This document shows, piece after piece, positions 25,001 to 34,300 of a stretch of 64,000 nucleotides of DNA. This DNA comes from Squalus acanthias (Eukaryota): positions 310,001 to 374,000 of the forward strand of contig JASTWF010000350.1 in assembly GCA_030390025.1 (NCBI GenBank), read 5' to 3'. Each line of letters begins with the position of its first letter. Positions within the stretch are counted from its first letter, which is position 1. The notes beneath the pieces are model-generated. The model ran no database searches, was not told the origin of the DNA, and worked only from the letters and a program-made list of their open reading frames with translations. Made by a program: the position numbers and the translations under genes.

Positions 25001-26793
25001 ACAATTCCTTGTGTTTAAATGAGTTTGTATTTGACCTCACTCAAATATTTCCCTGATGTTTACATAGGAACATTCAGTATTAAGTCATGCATGTGCCCAC
25101 AACAGCCAGATACCAAAGTGCCTTTGCAGAAATAAATGCTTCCATTGGCCTCAGCACCCATGGGCTTGGGAAAGAGAAAAAAAAAATGTCAGCCAAGGTT
25201 CCTGTTCTGATAACTTATCCAGTAACTTGCTAGAAAGTGCACCTGTGTGGACATCGGGGGAGGAGAGGCTTGGCTGTGGTGATGCCCCTCGTAGTTACAC
25301 GCATGAAGAGGACCACTTGGGGGAGGAATGAAAATTGGCAAAAAAAAAAGAAAAAAGTAGAGGAATAAGAAAACAAGCACAAGGGGGATTCAAATACATT
25401 AGTCAAAGTTTCCCCCCCCCCAAAAAGTCAAATCTCTGGGCAAATTGAACAAGGAGCATGAAAGATTAATATATATTCATGGCCACTGTTTTATGGCGAC
25501 CAAGTTAAAAGTTAATTTTTATTACATGGGCTTCCAGGATTTTCACCCATGTTTTGGGACTCGCATGCCAGGATTTCCTGACTTTATAATTGGGGCCAAT
25601 GAGGATCAAGTCAATTATATGGGTTTCGGAGATTACATTCCCTCCATTATCTGAAATCTTCAAAGCAGTGAACCCCCGATAAACGTTAAGCAGTGAGTGG
25701 GGAGTGGGAAAAAGGAGAGAGAGAGAGAGAAAGACGGACTTGAAGCTCCACTTACCGGCAATGCTCTTGGGCTCATTGTCCAAGGTTCTGGTCTTGCAGC
25801 GGACGGCCTCCCCTGTGCCGTCTATCCAGATGTACATCGCTTGCACCTTGCCATCTTGGGGCAGCTCCATGTAATTCTTCTTGACGATTTTGCTGAGATT
25901 GGCGCTGGCTGACGTGGCCATCTTGTAAGTCTGGGGGGTGGGGGAGAAACAAGCGAGAAATGGAGGACATTACAACACTTGCCACATGGCACTCACTCCA
26001 GCTCCAAACACACACACGTCTACCGAGCAGCTTCAGTGCTCCAGCACAAGCTCTCAACCACACAGGATGGAATTTTAAAAATAAATAAATGCCGGACTTT
26101 AAAAAAAAATCCAATCCAAACAAGGTTTATTTGAACAAAGACATTTTTTAAAAAACAGCATTTTCGGGTCCAATGCATTTCTCCCAAACCCGTTTGCAAA
26201 TAGTCACAAGGTCGGGTTGTGCGGCGTTTTGGAAGAGTGCAACATTATGTGCCGACACGCCGCTGTGTAGTCACGGCAGAGGTCCGACCATGGAGGATTA
26301 TATCCCAACCAGAGATGTTCACTTACAGACAGCCAGATGTGTGTGATCGGAGGTGGGAGGGAAGCGAGAACCGGAGGCCGGCCAGCCCCGCACAACACGG
26401 GCCAGCTTCTCCACCATGCAAACCAGCCCAGGGCATGCAAACCCCGCCACCCACCAACAGAGAGCATTCCGAGCCAGACATGCAAACCAGCCCCCTCAAC
26501 ATCGATTAACCGCCCGCCCCGGACATGCAAACCAGCCCCTGGATACAAACTGATCAACACCCGGGGCATGCACACCAATTGCTGGGATATACTGATCAGC
26601 CCTGCCATGCAAATCAGCCCCGGACATGCAGACCACCCCCTCTCACCACCACCACCACCACCACTCAATCGCTCCTCAAATCCCTAAATGTCTACTAGTC
26701 TGGACGTTAACCTACATGTTGATTCCGCCAAATCGTCGGCGTGATATTGCCGCATTTTTTTACCAGAAACAGGAAACTGCGACAGATCCGCAT
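18720..26793 (-). CDS. glul: Glutamine synthetase (GS II), spliced. Long mitochondrial isoform join(26716..26793,25756..25930,24101..24262,22804..22950,22270..22397,19421..19620,18720..19041) = 403 aa; cytosolic isoform from ATG 25921 = 374 aa
   Basis: Exons translate to [11 protein letters not shown]...[110 protein letters not shown]. All junctions are GT-AG. Coding sizes 166/162/147/128/200/322 nt keep frame (1125 nt) and match the vertebrate GLUL layout. Confidence 0.98.
19421..19620 (-). CDS. glul: glul exon 7 ([10 protein letters not shown]...DDGGL)
   Basis: ctttatAG|TGG...TTGAA|GTGAGT; 200 nt. Confidence 0.96.
20850..22110 (-). mobile_element. Old CR1 fragment in glul intron 6
   Basis: [27 protein letters not shown] and a catagaatcata tail; heavily decayed. 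A short CR1 tail also lies at about 20113-20250. Confidence 0.8.
22270..22397 (-). CDS. glul: glul exon 6 ([15 protein letters not shown]...EVMAAQ)
   Basis: ctgttttAG|GG...CAG|GTAAGG; 128 nt. Confidence 0.96.
22804..22950 (-). CDS. glul: glul exon 5 ([11 protein letters not shown]...GFPGPQ)
   Basis: tttctacAG|AA...CAAG|GTGCGG; 147 nt; not in the ORF track, translated by hand. Confidence 0.96.
23715..24046 (+). mobile_element. CR1 3' fragment in glul intron 4
   Basis: gccttggagagggtgcagaggagattt..ggtggaagcagattc..gatgggccaaacggcctccttctg..tatgattctatga. Confidence 0.75.
24101..24262 (-). CDS. glul: glul exon 4 (ELPEWNFDG...YNRKPA)
   Basis: tttccAG|AA...GCAG|GTACAG; 162 nt. Confidence 0.97.
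25756..25930 (-). CDS. glul: glul exon 3 (TYK + cytosolic start MATSAS...EPKSIA)
   Basis: Acceptor ttctcccccaccccccAG (25932-25931); ATG 25921 in strong context aagATGg; donor G|GTAAGT. Confidence 0.97.
26415..26630 (-). promoter_or_regulatory. Cluster of 7 TGCATG (Rbfox-type) motifs in GGGCTGGTTTGCATG-like units, glul intron 2
   Basis: catgca on + at 26415, 26434, 26479, 26524, 26567, 26606 and 26625. Confidence 0.7.
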
Positions 26794-26810
26794 CCTCCAC
26801 CAAAAATAGA
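26716..26810 (-). CDS. glul: glul exon 2: 95-nt cassette exon with upstream ATG (26793) encoding mitochondrial presequence [26 protein letters not shown] (+TYK from exon 3)
   Basis: Acceptor ttttgtttttatAG at 26812-26811; donor CAT|GTAGGT at 26715. 78 coding nt join in phase 0 to ACT TAC AAG ATG of exon 3. The peptide is Arg/Lys-rich with no acidic residues and matches the recalled Squalus acanthias GS N-terminus. Confidence 0.93.
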
Positions 26811-27068
26811 CTATAAAAACAAAATTCCCAATTATTATTACAAATACATGAGTTTTTAAAACCAGGAAAAAAAAACTGTTGCCCAATATCAAAGCAGCGA
26901 CACAAACGAAACCGACAAGCCGCAAACTCTTCAGCAGCAACCAAAAGCTGAAATGCAAGTCACAATAGGATGAGTGCAGGGTGAAGTTAAGCGGCGGCAC
27001 TGGGTTTGCCTTGGCCGTGCGCTCTCTCTCTCTCGCTCGCTCTCTATGTGCCCGGTGCCGATCACTAC

Positions 27069-27148
27069 CTGTAAAGTTCCTTGAAGGGGCTGTGCTGGAA
27101 AGGTCTTCTCTGCTTTTTCTGTCAACAAGATTTTCATTCAGTAGCCCT
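27069..27148 (-). other. glul: Predicted glul exon 1 (5' UTR, contains an upstream ATG at 27137)
   Basis: Starts about 30 nt below the TATA box; candidate donor CAG|GTAGTG at 27068. TSS and donor are inferred, not observed. Confidence 0.6.
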
Positions 27149-27172
27149 TTGTGGGGGGGTTGGGGGGGAACA

Positions 27173-27288
27173 TTTATAATGTGGAGCCTGCTGCCTTGAG
27201 GACGCTCATTGGTGCCAGGGAAACGTGATATCTACATGGCCAGGTGATGGAAAACTCATGCACTGCTTCCATTGGACGCCGCGATTGG
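27173..27288 (-). promoter_or_regulatory. glul core promoter: TATAAA (27178-27173) and three CCAAT boxes (27208-27212, 27271-27275, 27284-27288)
   Basis: All motifs read on the minus strand in glul orientation, within a locally GC/CpG-rich region upstream of the first exons. Confidence 0.75.
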
Positions 27289-27900
27289 GGAAATTTCCAT
27301 CCCCTCCTCCTCCTCGCACTCCCCGGGCCTGCCTACGTGCTTTAGACTGGTGGAAAAAACAAGACGACGGGTCCCGCTGCATTGCACAAGATGCAGGAAT
27401 GAAATATGTCCATCAGCATCTGGGTAAAGGCGTAGAAAATCCGAACGCGCTGGGTTCCGGGGTCAGCAAGTCCGGTGATTTTTCCTTTCTACATCACACT
27501 CAGCCTTCTCCTGCTTTTCTGAATCGGAAGGATGCATCTCCTGTGCTGTTGTTTCCACTTTAATCATGGGCACAGACTTGAGCGAGGCGCCTTTCGTTTA
27601 CCAACGTTTCTTAAAGGTCCTCGTTGGCTTTTACATTTGGGGTGATATTAAATCAATTGCCAGGCGTTGGTTGCATGACTGCAAAGTACCCATTTGGCAC
27701 TAACTGTCACACGTAGATTGTTAATGAAGATCTACTAAACTGCAATTCGCAAGCAACATTTTAATTGAAAAGTGTTTTTTTGCATTGCAATACAAAGCAC
27801 TTAACTGAATTAGGACTCCCTTAGTATCTGATCCCAATAACATTAATACAGCTGGAGCTTAAAAGCTCTTAAGTTTCACTCAGCAATATAACAGATTGCC

Positions 27901-27908
27901 TGACGTCA
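27901..27908. promoter_or_regulatory. Full palindromic CRE (TGACGTCA) about 0.75 kb upstream of the glul TSS
   Basis: Exact 8-mer; function unproven. Confidence 0.35.
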
Positions 27909-27997
27909 GACAAATTCAAAACAGAGCGACTTGCATGAGATCACAACTCAGCACAGACTGAGCATTGAAACTAAGACCTTCTGGTCTGCAGTACTTG

Positions 27998-30900
27998 GTG
28001 TCAGCCTTGGCTCATTGACAGCACTGTTGCCTCTGAGTCAGAAGGTCGTGGGTTCCAGCACATAATCCAGGCTGACACTCCAGTGCAGTACTGAGGGAGC
28101 GCTGCACTGTCGGAGGGGCAGTACTGAGGGAGCGCTGCACTGTCGGAGGGGCAGTACTGAGGGAGCGCTGCACTGTCGGAGGGGCAGTACTGAGGGAGTG
28201 CTGCACTGTCGGAGGGGCAGTACTGAGGGAGCGCTGCACTGTCGGAGGGGCAGTACTGAGGGAGCGCTGCACTGTCGGAGGGGCAGTACTGAGGGAGTGC
28301 TGCACTGTCGGAGGGGCGGGGCAGTACTGAGGGAGTGCTGCACTGTCGGGGCAGTACTGAGGGAGTGCTGCACTGTCGGGGCAGTACTGAGGGAGTGCTG
28401 CACTGTCGGAGGGGCAGTACTGAGGGAGTGCTGCACTGTCGGGGCAGTACTGAGGGAGCGCTGCACTGTCGGGGGCAGTACTGAGGGAGCGCTGCACTGT
28501 CGGGGCAGTACTGAGGGAGTGCTGCACTGTCAGAGGGGCAGTACTGAGGGAGCGCTGCACTGTCGGGACAGAACTGAGGGACTGCTGCACTGTCGGAGGG
28601 GCAGTACTGAGGGACTGCTGCACTGTCGGAGGGTCAGTACTGAGGGAGTGCTGCACTGTCAGGGGGCAGTACTGAGGGAGTGCTGCACTGTCGGAGGGGC
28701 AGTACTGAGGGAGTGCTGCACTGTCGGAGGGGCAGTACTGAGGGAGCGCTGCACTGTCGGAGGGGCAGTACTGAGAGAGCGCTGCACTGTCGGAGGGGCA
28801 GTACTGAGGGAGCGCTGCACTGTCAGGGGGCAGTACTGAGGGAGTGCTGCACTGTCGAGGGCGCAGTACTGAGGGAGCGCTGCACTGTCGGAGGGGCAGT
28901 ACTGAGGGAGCGCTGCACTGTTGGGGCAGAACTGAGGGAGTGCTGCACTGTCGGAGGGGCAGTACTGAGGGACTGCTGCACTGTCGGAGGGTCAGTACTG
29001 AGGGAGTGCTGCACTGTCGGGGCAGTACTGAGGGAGCGCTGCACTCTCAGAGTGGCAGTACTGAGGGAGTGCTGAACTGTCGGAGGGTCAGTACTGAGGG
29101 AGCGCTGCACTGTCGGAGGGGCAGTACTGAGGGAGTGCTGCACTGTCGGAGGGGCTGTCGGAGGGGCAATACTGAGGGAGCGTTGCACTTTCGGAGGGCC
29201 AGTACTGAGGGAGCGCTGCACTGTCGGAGGGGCAGTACTGAGGGAGTGCTGCACTGTCGGAGGGGCAGTACTGAGGGAGTGCTGCACTGTCAGGGGGCAG
29301 TACTGAGGGAGCGCTGCACTGTCGGGGGGCAGTACTGAGGGAGCGATGCACTGTCAGGGGGCAGTACTGAGGGAGTGCTGCACTGTCAGGGCGCAGTACT
29401 GAGGGAGCGCTGCACTGTCGGAGGGGCAGTACTGAGGGAGCGCTGCACTGTTGGGGCAGAACTGAGGGAGTGCTGCACTGTCGGAGGGGCAGTACTGAGG
29501 GACTGCTGCACTGTCGGTGGGTCAGTACTGAGGGAGTGCTGCACTGTCGGGGCAGTACTGAGGGAGCGCTGCACTCTCGGAGTGGCAGTACTGAGGGAGT
29601 GCTGAACTGTCGGAGGGTCAGTACTGAGGGAGCGCTGCACTGTCGGAGGGGCAGTACTGAGGGAGTGCTGCACTGTCGGAGGGGCTGTCGGAGGGGCAAT
29701 ACTGAGGGAGCGTTGCACTTTCGGAGGGCCAGTACTGAGGGAGCGCTGCACTGTCGGAGGGGCAGTACTGAGGGAGTGCTGCACTGTCGGAGGGGCAGTA
29801 CTGAGGGAGTGCTGCACTGTCAGGGGGCAGTACTGAGGGACTGCTGCACTGTCGGAGGGTCAGTACTGAGGGAGTGCTGCACTGTTGGGGCAGAACTGAG
29901 GGAGCGCTGCACTCTCGGAGGGGCAGTACTGAGGGAGTGCTGCACTGTCGGAGGGTCAGTACTGAGGGAGCGCTGCACTGTCGGAGGGGCAGTACTGAGG
30001 GAGTGCTGCACTGTCGGAGGGGCTGTCGGAGGGGCAATACTGAGGGAGCGCTGCACTGTCGGAGGGCCAGTACTGAGGGAGCGCTGCACTGTCGGAGGGG
30101 CAGTACTGAGGGAGCGCTGCACTGTCGGAGGGGCAGTACTGAGGGAGCGCTGCACTGTCGGAGGTGCAGTACTGAGGGAGTGCTGCACTGTCAGAGGGGC
30201 AGTACTGAGGGAAAGCTGCTGTCGGAGGGTCAGTACTGAGGAAGTGCTGCACTGTCGGGGGGCAGTACTGAGGGAGCGATGCACTGTCAGGGGGCAGTAC
30301 TGAGGGAGTGCTGCACTGTCAGGGCGCAGTACTGAGGGAGCGCTGCACTGTCGGAGGGGCAGTACTGAGGGAGCGCTGCACTGTTGGGGCAGAACTGAGG
30401 GAGTGCTGCACTGTCGGAGGGGCAGTACTGAGGGACTGCTGCACTGTCGGAGGGTCAGTACTGAGGGAGTGCTGCACTGTCAGGGGCAGTACTGAGGGAG
30501 CGCTGCACTCTCGGAGGGGCAGTACTGAGGGAGTGCTGCACTGTCGGAGGGTCAGTACTGAGGGAGCGCTGCACTGTCGGAGGGGCAGTACTGAGGGAGT
30601 GCTGTACTGTCGGAGGGGCAATACTGAGGGAGCGCTGCACTGTCGGAGGGCCAGTACTGAGGGAGCGCTGCACTGTCGGAGGGGCAGTACTGAGGGAGCG
30701 CTGCACTGTCGGAGGGGCAGTACTGAGGGAGCGCTGCACTGTCGGAGGTGCAGTACTGAGGGAGTGCTGCACTGTCAGAGGGGCAGTACTGAGGGAAAGC
30801 TGCTGTCGGAGGGTCAGTACTGAGGGAGTGCTGCACTGTCGGAGGTGCTGTCGTTCGGATGAGACGCTAAACCGAGGCCCAGTCTGCCTTCTCAGGTGGT

Positions 30901-31127
30901 TGTAAAAGATCCTGTGGAACTATTCAAAGAAGAGCAGGGGCGTTCTCCCCGGTGTCCTGGGGAGTTGTCCTGCAAAAACAACATTAAATCAGATGATGTG
31001 GTTATTATGACATTGCTGTCTGTGGGATCTTGGTCACGCTTCCTACAACACTTAAAAATTGCTTAATTGGCTGCAAAATATTGTGGGATGTCCAGAGGTC
31101 GTGATAGACGTTATATAAATGCAAGTC
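27998..31127 (+). mobile_element. tRNA-derived DeuSINE (SacSINE1/AmnSINE1-like) inflated by an internal minisatellite
   Basis: Head agccttggctca..gagtcagaaggtcgtgggttc; Deu-type core gctgacactccagtgcagtactgagggag; resumes at 30846 with cggatgagacgctaaaccgaggccc..gaagagcagggg; tail tatataaatgcaagtc. Confidence 0.8.
28083..30845. repeat. 32-bp minisatellite (GCAGTACTGAGGGAGYGCTGCACTGTCGGAGG-type), about 86 copies
   Basis: Direct reading; includes 29-31-bp variants and a block duplication of about 530 bp. Confidence 0.97.
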
Positions 31128-31351
31128 ATAATATTTGAAGGGATACATACGCCTTCATCTGCGCCGATGGTTGCACCTATTCTCACTAAGTTACGCGGAT
31201 TCTTTTGCGATGTCAGTAGATAGAATATCTGCTAATGACATATTCTCAGCCTATCCAAACTCAAGTCATACAAACTAGTTCCCCATTTGACTAAATGGAG
31301 AAGACAAGACTCCCTTCTCAACTTCCTTTTCAAAACAATTATCGAGTGTTC

Positions 31352-34300
31352 TTCCCTCCCCATTACCCCTGAAAGTGCTGACTCTCACTGGGGGACAGTT
31401 CCATGGGCCCCACTCCCCACCTCTCCTGAAGGTGCTAACGCTCACTGGGTTACAGTTCCATGGGGCCTGCTCCTCTCCTCTCCTGAAGGCGCTGACTCTC
31501 ACTGGGGTGCAGTTCCATGGGCCCCACTCCCCTCCTCTCCTGAAGGTGCTGACTCTCACAGGGGTACAGTTACATGGGCCCCACTCCCCATCTCTCCTGA
31601 AAGTGCTGACTCTCACTGGGGTACAGTTCCATGGACCCCTCTCCCCTCCTCTCCTGAAGGTGCTGACTCTCACTGGGGTACAGTTCCATGGGCTCCACTC
31701 CCCTCCTCTCCTGAAGGTGCTGACTCTCACTGGGGTACAGTTCCATGGACCCCTCTCCCCTCCTCTCCTGAAGGTGTTGACTCTCACTGGGGTACAGTTC
31801 CTTGGCACACTCCCCTCTTCTGAAGGTGCTGACTCTCACTGGGGTACAGTTCCATGGGCCCCACTCCCCTCCTCTCCTGAAATTGCTGACTCTCACTGGG
31901 GTACAGATCCATGGGCCCACTCCCCATTACCCCTGAGTATGCTGACTCTCACTGGGGTACAGTTCCATGGGCCCCACTCCCCTCCTCTCCTGAAGGTGCT
32001 GACTCTCACTGGGGTACAGTTACATGGGCCCCACTCCCCTCCTCTCCTGAAGGTGCAGACTCTCACTGGGGTACAGTTCCATGGGCCCCACTCCCCTCCT
32101 CTCCTGAAGGTGCTGACTCTCACTGGGGGACAGTTCCGTGGCCCCATTCCCCATTACCCCTGAAAATGCTGACTCTCAGTGGGGTACAGTTCCATGGGCC
32201 ACACTCCCCATCTCTCCTGAAGATGCTGACTCTCATTGGCGGACAGTTACATGGGCCCCACTCAAGCTCTCTCCTGAAGGTGCTGACTCTCACTGGGGTA
32301 CAGATCCTTGGGCCCCACTCCCCATCTCTCCTGAAGGTGCTGACTCTCACTGGGGGACAGTTCCATGGGCGCCGCTACCCTCCTCTTCTAAAGGCGCTGA
32401 CTCTCACTGGGGTACAGTTCCATGGGCCCCACTCAAGCTCTCTCCTGAAGGTGCTGACTCTCAGTGGGGTACAGTTCCATGGGCCCCACTCCCCTCCTCT
32501 CCTGAAGGTGCTGACTCTCAGTGGGGTACAGTTCCATGGGCCCCACTCCCCTCCTCACCTGAAGGTGCTGACTCTCACTGGGGTACAGTTACATGGGCCC
32601 CACTCTCCTCCTGTCCTGAAGGTGCTGACTCTCACTGGGGTACAGTTCCATGGGCCCCACTCGCCATCTTTCCTGAAAGTGCTGATTCTCACTGGGTACA
32701 GTTCCATGGGCCCCACTCTCCTCCTCTCCTGAAGGTGCTGACTCTCACAGGGGTACAGTTCCATGGGCCCTGCTCCCCTCCTCTCCTGAAGGTGCTGACT
32801 CTCACTGGGGTACAGATCCGTGGTCCCACTCCCCATTACCCCTGAATGTGCTGACTCTCAGTGGGGTACAGTTCCATGGGCCACACTCCCCTCCTCTCCT
32901 GAAGGAGCTGACTTTCACTGGGGGACAGTTCCATGGGCTCCACTCCCAACCTCTCCTGAAGGTGCTGACTCTCACTGGGGTACAGTTCCTTGGCACACTC
33001 CCCTCTTCTCCTGAAGGTGCTGACTCTCACTGGGGTACAGTTCCATGGGCCCCACTCCCCTCCTCTCCTGAAATTGCTGACTCTCACTGGGGTACAATTC
33101 CATGGGCCCACTCCCCATTACCCCTGAGTATGCTGACTCTCACTGGGATACAGTTACATGGGCCCCACTCCCCATCTCTCCTGAAAGTGCTGACTCTCAC
33201 TGGCGTACAGTTCCATGGGCCCCACTCCCCTCCTTCCTGAAAGAGCTGACTCTCAGTGGGGTACAGTTACATGGGCCCCACTCCCCATTACCCCTGAAAG
33301 TGCTGACTCTCAGTGGGGTACAGTTCCATGGGCCACACTCCCCATCTCTCCTGAAGGTGCTGACTCTCATTGGGGGACATTTACATGGGCCCCACTCAAG
33401 GTCTCTCCTGAAGGTGCTGACTCTCACTGGGGTACAGTTCAATGGGCCCCGCTACCCTCTTCTCCTAAAGGCGCTGACTATCACTGGGGTCCAGTTCCAT
33501 GGGCCCCACTCCCCACCTCTCCTGAAGGTGCTAACTCTCACTGGGTTACAGTTCCATGGGTCCTGCTCCCCTCCTCTCCTGAAGGCGCTGACTCTCACTG
33601 GGTTACTGTTCCATTGACTCCACTCCACTCCTCTCCAGAAGGTGCTGACTCTCACTGGGGTACAGTTCCATGGGCCCCACTCCCCTCCTCTCCTGAAGGT
33701 GCTGACTCTCACAGGGGTACAGTTCCATGGGCCCCACTCCCCTCCTCTCCTGAAGGTGCTGACTCTCACTGGGGTACAGTTCCATGGGCCCCGCTCCCCT
33801 CCTCTCCTGAAGGTGCTGACTCTCACTGGGGTACAGTTCCATGGACCCCACTCCCCTCTTCTCCTGAAGGTGCTGACTCTCACTGGGGTACAGTTCCATG
33901 GGCCCCACTCCCCTCCTCTCCTGAAGGTGCTGACTCTCACTGGGGGACAGTTCCATGCGCCCCGCTCCCCTCCTCTCCTGAAGGTGCTGACTCACACTGG
34001 GGGACAGTTCCATGGACCCAACTCCCCTCCCCTCCTGAAGGTGCTGACTCTCACTGAGTTCAGTTTCATGGGGCCAATCCCTTCCTCTCCTGAAGGTGCT
34101 GACTCTCACTGGGGTACAGTTCCCTGGGCCCCACTCCCCTCCTCTCCTGAAGGTGCTGACTCTCACTGGGGTACAGTTACATGGGCCCCACTCCCCTCCT
34201 CTCCTGAAATTGCTGACTCTCACTGGGGTACAGTTCCATGGGCGCACTCCCCATTACACCTGAGTATGCAGACTCTCACTGGGGTACAGTACCATGGGCC

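Noticed and set aside
25505..25755. ORF-track extension of GS after EPKSIA (GKWSFK...)
   Set aside because: Read-through into intron 3 past the G|GTAAGT donor.
26640..26665. Poly-His / poly-Gly / poly-Pro in short ORFs
   Set aside because: A (CAC)n microsatellite in glul intron 2.
28012..30836. Cys/His-containing repeat ORFs (LHCRRGSTEG, VLRECCTVGG)
   Set aside because: Translations of the SINE-derived minisatellite, not zinc fingers.
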